Shown here piece after piece: positions 10,495 through 18,586 of a stretch of DNA of 32,000 bases. The notes under the pieces are model-generated. The model made no database searches. It was not told the origin of the DNA and worked only from the letters and a program-made list of their open reading frames with translations. Positions within the stretch are counted from its first letter, which is position 1. The number at the start of each line of letters is the position of its first letter. The position numbers and the translations under genes were made by a program. Source of the DNA: Gemmata obscuriglobus (GTDB lineage: Bacteria; Planctomycetota; Planctomycetia; Gemmatales; Gemmataceae); assembly GCF_008065095.1 (NCBI RefSeq), contig NZ_CP042911.1, positions 2,760,001 to 2,792,000 on the forward strand. The letters are read 5' to 3'.

Positions 10495-10562
10495 TTGTGG
10501 CACAGACATTCCTGTCTGTGCGGCCTTATCGCGCTGCACAGACAGGAATGTCTGTGCCACAA
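10495..10562. repeat. REP-like perfect 27-bp inverted repeat (compound palindrome) between convergent genes
   Basis: ttgtggcacagacattcctgtctgtgc (10495..10521) is the exact reverse complement of 10536..10562. Each arm is itself a hairpin (cacagaca-ttcc-tgtctgtg). Spurious ORFs through it read QTFLSVQ, QTGMSVPQ and DRNVCATK. Confidence 0.8.
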
Positions 10563-10629
10563 AGACAACAGCCAAAACGGATACCAACAACCGGACCGTG
10601 AATCAGACCGACGCCGGTTGCCGGGGCGG

Positions 10630-11106
<477 letters not shown>

Positions 11107-12462
11107 TCACTCGCCCTTCGGGTTCAACCGGTCGCGGAGCCGGTCGGCCACCGGCCGCATCTCGTCCTCCGCGACACGAAACCGGTTCGTCGCCGCGTCG
11201 GCGACGCGCGGCCGGTTGATCGGGTTCAGCACGCTCACGCCGCGCGGCAGCGAGGGCGTGTTGGTGTCGGTCCGGTGGCACAGCGCGCACTGTGCGGCGA
11301 ACGTGGTGTGTTTGGCCGATCCGTACTCCAGGAACAGCCCCTGCGTGGTGTCCGGGACGAACCGGAACGCCTCCCCGCCGAGGGCCGAGCCGGTGCGCGA
11401 CCGGAAGTACACCCAGTGGTCCACGCCGTCCTTCGAACTCGTCGGGTTGTCGGCCGCGAGCTTAAACGGGCCGCTCAGCCGCCGCACCCGCACCTCGTCC
11501 ACCACCGGCGTCGCCACCGGGTTCAGGTCCGGGTCGAACGCGACCAGTGACAGCACCAGCGCCACCTCGGTCCCGTCCGGCACCTCGACCCGGCCCGCCT
11601 GTTGGGCCGCGGTGGTGACGAGTCCGGCGGACGACGCGCGATCGCCGGCGTTCAGGAAGATTCGACTGGCTCGCAGCGCCTGGTCTCCGCGGAACAGTTT
11701 GCCGGCTTTGCGGTCCACTTCCACCCACGCGGAAGTCGGAGGGCCGTCGAACGGCAGGGCGGGGAGGTACGGCGTCGCGCCGTCTTTCGGCTTGTTATGG
11801 TGCGCGAACTGCTTCGTCAGTTCGGCGGTACCGGCGGGCAGGGCGGTTAGTTCGTTTCGCGGCAGGGCCAGCGATCGCACCGTTTTGGCCAGTGCGGTCA
11901 GCAGTTCGGTGTCGTCGCTACGGCCCCACTTGCGGCTCGTTTCCAGACGCCACCAGACACTCAGCACGTCCCACTGAAATAGTATACGGACAACCGGCGC
12001 TTTTAGCTCCGGCATGGCCGCAACTTGCTCGGCGGTCGAAACGGTGCCGAGCAGTTCCAGCAGCCGTTTGCGGCGCTCCGTCCCGACGGACGTGAGCGCC
12101 GACACGCGCACGTCGCCGCCGAATACGACCCGGTCGGCGGTCGTGCCTTTCCGCTTACCGAACTGCCAGCCCTTCACGAAGAAATCGACATCGCGTCGAT
12201 CCGCTCGCTCAGCGGGTAGTACGGCCGCGATCTCCTCCGGCACTTGGTCTTGGGTGAACAGCAGCGCGTGGAGTTCGTTTAACGGGTGGGCCGGGTCGCG
12301 GGAGTAGACGGCCCCCGGCGTCTCGGATGTCGGGAGACCTTCAAGTGCGTGTCCAACGGGAAAACGGGGCGAAGGGCGCGGGGCGGGGGCCGTCGGGAGC
12401 GCTGCAACCGGCACGGACATCAGAAGCGCCAGCACCCCGACGGCGACGCGATCACTCGTCAC
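11107..12462 (-). CDS. secreted hypothetical protein (451 aa) with a single C-terminal CxxCH motif
   Basis: GTG start gives the signal peptide [27 protein letters not shown] is encoded at 11275..11289. High GC3 throughout. Its start overlaps the upstream DUF1559 gene by 11 nt. Confidence 0.75.
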   Translation of the reverse strand: MTSDRVAVGVLALLMSVPVAALPTAPAPRPSPRFPVGHALEGLPTSETPGAVYSRDPAHPLNELHALLFTQDQVPEEIAAVLPAERADRRDVDFFVKGWQFGKRKGTTADRVVFGGDVRVSALTSVGTERRKRLLELLGTVSTAEQVAAMPELKAPVVRILFQWDVLSVWWRLETSRKWGRSDDTELLTALAKTVRSLALPRNELTALPAGTAELTKQFAHHNKPKDGATPYLPALPFDGPPTSAWVEVDRKAGKLFRGDQALRASRIFLNAGDRASSAGLVTTAAQQAGRVEVPDGTEVALVLSLVAFDPDLNPVATPVVDEVRVRRLSGPFKLAADNPTSSKDGVDHWVYFRSRTGSALGGEAFRFVPDTTQGLFLEYGSAKHTTFAAQCALCHRTDTNTPSLPRGVSVLNPINRPRVADAATNRFRVAEDEMRPVADRLRDRLNPKGE

Positions 12463-13414
12463 TCACCACCTCCCCACCTTGAATCGTGAGCAGCGCGGCG
12501 ATCACGTCGGCGCTCACACCCTGTCGAATCGTCCGCACCGACCCGTCCACCCGCCCGGTGTTCACCAGGCCCGAGTGGAAACTGTACATGGAGTAGTTGT
12601 TCGTGCAGTTCACCAGACACGGGCCGCCGTTGGTGACCCCGTCTTGCGAGTACCCGCGGACCTTGAACAGGTTCCCCTCGGCCCACGAGCAGATTGTCAC
12701 GTAAGCCGCCGACGCCGACGTCTCTTGCCCGGACCCCGCCAGCAATTGGCCCGCTTGCCACACCTCGGGACGCGCGGCCGATTCCACCAGTACGACGGTG
12801 TTGGACGCGCCGTCGGTGATGTCGCGGTACTGACGGCCCCGCTCGCCCGGCTTAACGCTCCCGGAGAAGAACCCGTCGGTGTTCGGCTGCGCGTAGCTCA
12901 CCACCGGGGGCTTGACGGTCCACAGCTTCGTGTCCGGGCCGGCGCTGCCGGCGTAGTCGCACGCGGCGGCCGGCCATTTGGTTTCGCCGGCCGGAACGAC
13001 GGCGCCGAACTTGGTGTGCATCCGCGGGGCGCCCGGGGTGCTCGGGCACCGCATGAACGGCAGGTGGTACTGGACCGCCTCGCGGTTCGCGATGTCGCTG
13101 AACTTGACGTTGTAGTTGTATACGTTCGCGAGCGGGTTCTGCTCCATGTACGGGAGGATCTGCGCGCCCCAGAAGTGGTTCACCGCGACGCCGCCCGTCG
13201 GGGTGCCGCTGACCGAGGTCGGGAACGCGCCGTTGGCGGACTCGTAGTTGTGCAGCCCCAGCACCAACTGCTTGAGGTTGTTCTGGCACTTCATCCGGGC
13301 CGCGGCCTCGCGCACTTTCTGCACGGCCGGCAGCAGCAGCCCGATGAGAATCGCGATGATCGCGATCACCACAAGAAGCTCGATCAGCGTGAACCCGCGC
13401 CTCGACACAGCCAC
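12452..13414 (-). CDS. prepilin-type N-terminal cleavage/methylation domain protein, DUF1559 / H-X9-DG family
   Basis: [50 protein letters not shown]-terminal [18 protein letters not shown] start with AGGAG 9 nt upstream. Confidence 0.9.
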   Translation of the reverse strand: MAVSRRGFTLIELLVVIAIIAILIGLLLPAVQKVREAAARMKCQNNLKQLVLGLHNYESANGAFPTSVSGTPTGGVAVNHFWGAQILPYMEQNPLANVYNYNVKFSDIANREAVQYHLPFMRCPSTPGAPRMHTKFGAVVPAGETKWPAAACDYAGSAGPDTKLWTVKPPVVSYAQPNTDGFFSGSVKPGERGRQYRDITDGASNTVVLVESAARPEVWQAGQLLAGSGQETSASAAYVTICSWAEGNLFKVRGYSQDGVTNGGPCLVNCTNNYSMYSFHSGLVNTGRVDGSVRTIRQGVSADVIAALLTIQGGEVVSDE

Positions 13415-13453
13415 GAAAGGGACTCCTGGTAGGTAAAACCGTCCGGCGCCGCG

Positions 13454-14062
13454 TCAGCGGCTGAGGATTTCAATGACCCGCTGGATATCGACCGGCAGGC
13501 TCACGTCCCCGTCCGCGGGCAGCCGCGTGACGGTGAACGACAGGGCCTCCGCGTCGCTCACCAGCCAGTCGGCGCTGTGCAGCCCCTCGGTGAGCCGCTC
13601 GCGGTACTTCTTTTGCAGGTTCGGGCGGGCCTTCACGGCCACCACGTCGCCGGCCTTCACCAGGTACGACGCCACGTCCACCTTGCGCCCGTTGACCTGG
13701 AAGTGCCCGTGGTTGACGCCCTGCCGGGCCTCGTCCCGGGTGCGGGCGAAGCCGGCCCGCCGCACCACGTTGTCGAGCCGCCGCTCGCACAGCACCAGCA
13801 GCTCCGTGCCGGTGTTCTCGGGGGACTTGGTGGCGAGCTGGTAGAACCGCACCAGTTGGCGCTCGTGCAGCCCGTAGTAGTGCTTGATCTTCTTCTTCTC
13901 GCGGAGCGCCAGGCCGTACTCGGACACCTTGCCCTTGCGCTGCCCGTGCATCCCGGGCCGGTACTCGCGGCGCTCCAACGCCTTGACCGCGCCGCGCTTC
14001 TCGTAAATCACCATCCCCAGGGCCCGGTTCACTTTGCCCTTGGGTTGCGAATGCCGGCTCAT
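13454..14062 (-). CDS. rpsD: 30S ribosomal protein S4
   Basis: SEYGLALREKKKIKHYYGL.ERQ, LLVLCERRLDNVVRRAGFARTRDEARQGVNHGHFQVNGRKVDVASYLVKAGD. Internal ATG at 14062 (MSRHSQ..) is preceded by GGGGAG. Confidence 0.9.
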   Translation of the reverse strand: MSRHSQPKGKVNRALGMVIYEKRGAVKALERREYRPGMHGQRKGKVSEYGLALREKKKIKHYYGLHERQLVRFYQLATKSPENTGTELLVLCERRLDNVVRRAGFARTRDEARQGVNHGHFQVNGRKVDVASYLVKAGDVVAVKARPNLQKKYRERLTEGLHSADWLVSDAEALSFTVTRLPADGDVSLPVDIQRVIEILSR

Positions 14063-14236
14063 CGTTCGGTACTCCCCGGCCGGGTGGATAGTCAATTCGC
14101 AAGCCGATTCCTAGCAAGGAGTTGCGATGACTAGGTTCCCGGCCGTCTTTGTAACACTGCGTCAGGCGGATTCATAATGTCCGTCGAAGGCGAATCGCGA
14201 CTGCCCACACCGCCTCGTCGCTTCGGTGGGCGGCGG

Positions 14237-14500
14237 TCACTCGCCGACGTACGGCAGGAGCCCCATGAAACGGGCCCGTTTGACGGCAGCGGCGAGCGCC
14301 CGCTGCGCCCCGGCGCTCAGCCCGCTCCGCTTGCGGGACATGAGCTTGGCCTGGGAGGTGAGGAACTTGCGCAGCCCGTTCACGTCCTTGTAGTCGATGA
14401 ACGCGGGCCGCGGCTCGTACCCCTTCGGGGCGTGGGCCAACTGCCGCCGCCCCTTCGACTTCACGATCTTCAGCCCGCTCGGGTTGGTCTTCGGTGCCAT
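14237..14500 (-). CDS. rpsR: 30S ribosomal protein S18
   Basis: FIDYKDVNGLRKFLTSQAKLMSRKRSGLSAGAQRALAAAVKRARFMGLLPY. ATG 14500 has GGAGGA 7 nt upstream, and the track's GTG 14515 lies inside that SD. Confidence 0.9.
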   Translation of the reverse strand: MAPKTNPSGLKIVKSKGRRQLAHAPKGYEPRPAFIDYKDVNGLRKFLTSQAKLMSRKRSGLSAGAQRALAAAVKRARFMGLLPYVGE

Positions 14501-14529
14501 CGGAACGTCCTCCACTCGAGTTAAAGTCG

Positions 14530-15288
14530 TTACGCTTCAAAACACTCACTGGGGCCGCCACAGCGGCGGTCCCGCACGTCGTCGAGCCGGGCACGGAGCC
14601 GGGCTTCCAGGTCCGCGTCCCCGGCGGCCGTCGCCGCCCGGAGCAACCGCCCCAGGCAACCGGGGCACCCAAGTGCCTCCGCGGGGACCGGGCGGACGAG
14701 GTCACACGCCTCGGTCGCGCGGCCGGTATCGGCCAGCGCGCCGGCCAGGGCGACTCGGTACGGAATGACCCCAGGAGCCAGTGTATGAGCCACCCGCAGG
14801 TGGCGAATCACTCGAGCGGGCGGACGTTTCAGTTTTGCCGAATAATACGCCATTCCGTAGTGTGCCGGGTGGTACCACGGCCGGAGCCGGGCGAGCCGGC
14901 GGCACACCTTGAACGCCGCCCGGTGCGCCCCGAGCGCGCCGCACAGCCGGGCGAGGTCGGCGAGCAGCGGGGTCGGGCACCGCCCCGGTTCGGCCAGGAA
15001 CCGCAGGGCGGCCGCGGCGCTGCGGCGCCAGCCGCCGAGCAGGTGCAGCTCGGCCAGGGCCAGCCGCGCGAGCGGGTCCAGCGGGGCCACCGCGCTGGCG
15101 GTTTCCAGCGCCTCGAGCGCGACCGGCGGGTTCCCGAGGCGGAACGAGGCCAGCCCGTACACCTGAAGCAGGCCCGGGTGGTACCGGTCCCGCCGCAGCC
15201 CGTCGTGGGCCACCCGCAGCGCGTTCGCGAACTCGCCCTCGTCGAACCGCTCGGCCGCGATCCGGTACAGACAGTCGGCGCTCGTCAT
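14530..15288 (-). CDS. tetratricopeptide-repeat-like protein
   Basis: Ala/Leu-rich helical repeats of about 34 aa (..ANALRVAHDGLRRDRYHPGLLQVYGLASFRLG..). Its start overlaps the upstream small ORF in an ATGA junction. Confidence 0.7.
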   Translation of the reverse strand: MTSADCLYRIAAERFDEGEFANALRVAHDGLRRDRYHPGLLQVYGLASFRLGNPPVALEALETASAVAPLDPLARLALAELHLLGGWRRSAAAALRFLAEPGRCPTPLLADLARLCGALGAHRAAFKVCRRLARLRPWYHPAHYGMAYYSAKLKRPPARVIRHLRVAHTLAPGVIPYRVALAGALADTGRATEACDLVRPVPAEALGCPGCLGRLLRAATAAGDADLEARLRARLDDVRDRRCGGPSECFEA

Positions 15289-15494
15289 CGTGCCCTCGCT
15301 ACGCTCGTGTGCCAGTTCGGGTCAATCGGGTGCGCCGGACCCGTCAGGCCCGGGGGCCGGGCCGGGGGCGAGCGGCGCGGGTCGGGCTCGGAGGCCCACA
15401 GCACGAACACGGCCGCGAGGGCGACCGGGGCGGCGGTCGCAAGGGCCGCCAGCCACCGCGGGTTGTCGCCCCGCCCCCGTTCGGTCGCGGTCAT
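15285..15494 (-). CDS. small single-pass membrane protein (69 aa)
   Basis: ATG 15494 has AAGGAG 7 nt upstream, overlapping the stop of the DUF4198 gene. TM segment WLAALATAAPVALAAVFVLWA. Its stop overlaps the TPR gene start (ATGA). Confidence 0.6.
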   Translation of the reverse strand: MTATERGRGDNPRWLAALATAAPVALAAVFVLWASEPDPRRSPPARPPGLTGPAHPIDPNWHTSVARAR

Positions 15495-15505
15495 GACGCG
15501 GCTCC

Positions 15506-16186
15506 TTACTCGGGGAACGCGGTCACCAGGGTCGCGTAGTGGCGGGCCTCTTCGTACTTTTTGCCGTTGAGTTCGCCGGCCTTCGCCTCGGTGGCCCGCG
15601 CCCAAGCCCCGTACCGGCCCTTCGCCGGGTACGCTTCGGTCAGCCCGTCCTTGTCGGTCGTCGCCTTGGCCTTCCCGCCGCCCGGCTTGAGCACCGTCAC
15701 CTCGGCGCCGGCCACCGGCTTGCCGGCCGCGAGCAGTTTGAACCGCACCTCCGACCCGCTGGCGACCGGCACCAGTTCGGCGGGGAGCGTTTTTTCGCCG
15801 AGCACGAGCTTGTCCGCGGGCACGGCGCCGACGACGGCCTTCGGGTGGTACGCGAGCAGGTACGGCTTCGCGTCGCCCTTCTGCATCACGCCGTAGTTGA
15901 GGGTGCCGAACACGAGCCGCGGGCCGCTCCCCGGCAGGGCCGCGGTGAGTTCGTGCTTGCCGGCTTTGTGTTCGACGGCCGTGTCCTTGCCGGCCGTGTC
16001 GCGGCAGGTGAGCTTGAGCGCGGCCATCTTGTCGGCCCCGACGTGTTCGTCCGGGTCCAGGTCTTCGCTGAACACGACCAGGGCCCTGGCCGGGTCCTTC
16101 GGGTCGGGCACCACGAACACGAAGTGCGCGTGTGCGGCCGTCAGGGCGCAGAGGGCGGTCAGGGAGGCGAGAGCGGCGCGGAACAT
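15506..16186 (-). CDS. DUF4198 domain-containing periplasmic protein (NikM-like metal-uptake-associated family)
   Basis: Signal peptide ends in AHAHFVFVVP, the family's hallmark start. Ig-like segment EVRFKLLAAGKPVAGAEVTVL..TDKDGL. GGAG SD. Confidence 0.75.
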   Translation of the reverse strand: MFRAALASLTALCALTAAHAHFVFVVPDPKDPARALVVFSEDLDPDEHVGADKMAALKLTCRDTAGKDTAVEHKAGKHELTAALPGSGPRLVFGTLNYGVMQKGDAKPYLLAYHPKAVVGAVPADKLVLGEKTLPAELVPVASGSEVRFKLLAAGKPVAGAEVTVLKPGGGKAKATTDKDGLTEAYPAKGRYGAWARATEAKAGELNGKKYEEARHYATLVTAFPE

Positions 16187-16227
16187 GAGGGCTCCGTAAT
16201 CGGGGAAACGGTCGTGTCTTGTACGCG

Positions 16228-16306
16228 GGCCGGGCGGGCAGACGGTCTACCCGCCCGGCCGATCCGGCGGTCCGTCGCCGGGGGCTCGGGGCCGCGGGGC
16301 GCGGCC
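16228..16306 (-). terminator. two GC-rich stem-loops in the spacer between the lipoprotein gene and the DUF4198 gene
   Basis: ggccgggcggg (16228..16238) pairs with cccgcccggcc (16250..16260). ggccgcg (16290..16296) pairs with cgcggcc (16300..16306), directly after the TAA at 16308..16310. No U-tracts. Confidence 0.3.
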
Positions 16307-16307
16307 G

Positions 16308-16574
16308 TTACTTCTTGGGGTCGAGGCCGTCCTTCTTGCGCGCGGGAACCATCACCTCGCGGATGAACTTGTCCCACGCCTGCTGGTCCTGGAACTTCGG
16401 GCTGCCGTGCTTCACCCGTTCCAGCGTCTCGACCTCGTACTTCTTTTGCGCCGGCAGCGCCTTCCACTGCTCGACGGTCAGGGGCGCCTCTTCGGGCGCC
16501 GGTGCGGGCGGGCCGCCGCACCCGGCGGGGCCGGCGCCGAGAGCGGTGACCAGAAACAAACCGAACGGTCGCAT
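16308..16574 (-). CDS. small lipoprotein (88 aa), partner of the upstream DUF1559 gene
   Basis: Internal ATG at 16574 gives MRPFGLFLVTALGAGPAGC/GG (lipobox). GGAG SD. It lies 16 nt downstream of 16591..17574. Confidence 0.7.
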   Translation of the reverse strand: MRPFGLFLVTALGAGPAGCGGPPAPAPEEAPLTVEQWKALPAQKKYEVETLERVKHGSPKFQDQQAWDKFIREVMVPARKKDGLDPKK

Positions 16575-16590
16575 CGGGGCTCCGTCAGAA

Positions 16591-17574
16591 TCAGTTCGCG
16601 GGGACCACTTCGCCGCCGGCGCGGGTGGACATCCACTGGAAGGTTTGCTGGTTGATCCCGTCCCGGATGAAGGACACCGAACCGTCGGCGAAGGCGAAGT
16701 TGGCCCCGCCGGTGTGCTCGCTGCGGAACGCCCCGTAGACGCCGACTTTGTTGAGCCCCGACCACTCGGCGTCGGTCCAGTTATGCTTGTTGAACGGGTG
16801 GAACGTGGACCCGAAACTATACCCGATGTACCCGTACGCCCAGATGCCACCCAGTTTCGTTGAAGGCACACCCTGTGGCTTAAAGTCCGTCTCGCCGACG
16901 AGGAACGTGTTCGACGTGCCGTCCGTGATCGCCGTGATCGTGATCGGCGCCGTGTTCGTGGGCCGCGGTTTCGGTGGGTCTGTTGGTTTCACCGGGTCGG
17001 GGTTTTTGATCGGGATCACCGTCCCGTTCCAGACGGGTTCCTGTGGCAAGCCGAGGTATTCCCAGTAGGCGTACGTGACGCAGTCGGGTGAGCCGGCGTT
17101 GAACAGGTAACTGCAGTAGGCCCGGTTCTCGGCTCCCCCCAGCGGGCCGCTGGGCGGGGTCATCGCCGGGCACGTGTACGTCGGGATCTGCGTCTGCTGG
17201 AGCATCGCGTTGGTGTAGCCGTCGCCGTCACTGTCGTCGGTGCTGTTGCGCGGCAGCTTCGGGTTCCACCGCCGGGCCACGTTGTCCTGCTCCAGGTACG
17301 GCATGATGAGGATGAACCCGGTCACGTAGGTGCTCGCCGCTTCGCCCGGCTGGCGGTCGAGCGAACTGTACGGGAACTTCTGGTTCGCGTCGTGGTAGTT
17401 GTGGCACGCGAGCGCGATCTGCTTCAAATTGTTCGAACACTTCAAGCGCGCCGCCGCGACGCGCACCTTCTGCACGGCCGGCAACAGGAGGCCGATGAGG
17501 ATGGCAATGATCGCCATCACCACCAACAGTTCGATCAGCGTAAAGGCGCGACGGGGAACACGTGTGCGGCGCAT
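16591..17574 (-). CDS. prepilin-type N-terminal cleavage/methylation domain protein, DUF1559 / H-X9-DG family
   Basis: [53 protein letters not shown]-terminal [25 protein letters not shown]. Confidence 0.9.
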   Translation of the reverse strand: MRRTRVPRRAFTLIELLVVMAIIAILIGLLLPAVQKVRVAAARLKCSNNLKQIALACHNYHDANQKFPYSSLDRQPGEAASTYVTGFILIMPYLEQDNVARRWNPKLPRNSTDDSDGDGYTNAMLQQTQIPTYTCPAMTPPSGPLGGAENRAYCSYLFNAGSPDCVTYAYWEYLGLPQEPVWNGTVIPIKNPDPVKPTDPPKPRPTNTAPITITAITDGTSNTFLVGETDFKPQGVPSTKLGGIWAYGYIGYSFGSTFHPFNKHNWTDAEWSGLNKVGVYGAFRSEHTGGANFAFADGSVSFIRDGINQQTFQWMSTRAGGEVVPAN

Positions 17575-17685
17575 GACGCGGCACCCTCCTCGAGTGTGAG
17601 TGGATGGCCGCGAGACGCGTCGCTGGACGTGGGTCGGTTCGGTGCTCGAACCGGAAAGCCTGCGGAGGCTAGCGACTCGCTATGG

Positions 17686-17718
17686 TTGTCTTGTTGAGAA
17701 TGAATCTCATCAAGACAA
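17686..17718. promoter_or_regulatory. AT-rich 14-bp-arm palindrome upstream of the DUF1559 gene (operator candidate)
   Basis: ttgtcttgttgaga (17686..17699) pairs with tctcatcaagacaa (17705..17718), with one mismatch and a 5-nt spacer. It lies 112-144 nt upstream of the start at 17574 in a locally low-GC patch. Confidence 0.2.
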
Positions 17719-17835
17719 GGGAAATGGTACTCGACTGGTGCCCGATGTCAACCCGGCAGTTCGCGAGATTGCTCGAAAATTGCGACGCTGTCGCTCTTGG
17801 ACGCTGATACATGAACCCACCTGCGGTGTCGCGGT

Positions 17836-17904
17836 CTTGACGAGCCGCGACCGCCAGGGAGCGGGATACGCAGTACCGCTCCCTGGCGGTCGCGGCTCGT
17901 CAAG
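17836..17904. repeat. REP-like perfect 29-bp stem / 11-nt loop palindrome
   Basis: cttgacgagccgcgaccgccagggagcgg (17836..17864) is the exact reverse complement of 17876..17904. Spurious ORFs through it read TSRDRQGAG and PLPGGRGSS. Confidence 0.8.
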
Positions 17905-18192
17905 AAAGCGGCAGTATTACCGGGTTCGTGTGTGAGGGCAGGCGCCGTTCCGTCTTTCAGGAGCGCCATCGGAGAAATGCAGTCCGGCATCCGTTCGTTG
18001 GGCGCGGTGCCATCTGTTGAATGGGCGACCCGTTCGCGCCGATGGTCCGTTCCCTCCACGTGTGGCAACCGAGAACCTGCGGAGTGGTTCCGCGGTTCCG
18101 GGATCGTGTGGTAACGGTGGCCGGTAAGGCACCTGCGAGGCGTTGACGGGTCGATCAGTGGACAACCGCTGGTATCAAGACTGGTCACGAGC

Positions 18193-18225
18193 TGGCGATT
18201 CGCTGGGTGGTCGCTACCCACGAAT
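18193..18225 (+). repeat. copy of the tggcgattcgct ... tcgctaccc(a/g)cgaat repeat, left of the eut cassette
   Basis: tggcgattcgct (18193..18204) and tcgctacccacgaat (18211..18225) recur at 22698..22709 and 22727..22741. The first block is identical and the second is 14/15 identical. Both copies have the same orientation. Confidence 0.6.
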
Positions 18226-18586
18226 TTCGCGGCCGAGCCGTCGAACGAGGGCACCAGAGAGAGCAGAGACGAGTCCCGGTGTCGCTCGACTGTTGTCGCG
18301 CAAAGCGTTTTTAGGGCGAATCTTATGGCCGTTTTGACTCGTGCGTGCGATTTCTCTCCGCTCGGACCGTAACCGGTGTTGTTCGCTCCACAGGGTTCGA
18401 CACGGACTTCTGGAAGTGCGGCGAGGGAGAAATGCGGTGGGACAATGCCCAATGTGCGGATCAACCGGCCGACGGCGCGAGCGAACGGGAAGCGGCGGAA
18501 GGCCATTCAGGGCCACGCCCGCTCGCCGCGCGCGGAACCGCACCTACAGTAGCTCAGACCTCTCCGGCCGTACCGGCACCCACCCT

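Noticed and set aside
18108-18140. GTGGTAACGGTGGCCGGTAAGGCACCTGCGAGG resembles the RNase P RNA GGGTGAAAGGGTGCGGTAAGAGCGCACC segment
   Set aside because: The universally conserved P4 strands (GAGGAAAGTCCGGGC and ACAGAACCCGGCTTA) are absent on both strands of the surrounding region. It is probably a chance match in GC-rich sequence.
18380-18400. GGGTTCGACACGG looked like a tRNA T-arm or tmRNA 5' motif
   Set aside because: The flanks do not form a T-stem, no acceptor stem or CCA context is present, and there is no GGGG 5' end or tmRNA 3' tRNA-like domain nearby.
18480-18575. Cobalamin-riboswitch-like fragments just upstream of eutB
   Set aside because: GGGAA is followed by GGCG..GAAGGCC rather than GGTG..GAATCC. 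There is no CCCGC.ACTGT core and no proper B12 box (AGCTCAGACCTCTCCGGCC needs insertions to fit). I keep it only as something to test with cmsearch, not as a call.
18341-18586. 82-codon N-terminal extension of eutB given by the ORF track
   Set aside because: The extension is Arg/Ser/Cys-rich and unlike EutB. EutB homology begins at MPFTHTVRGERF (ATG 18587), which gives a 473-aa protein, close to the ~453 aa I recall for E. coli EutB.
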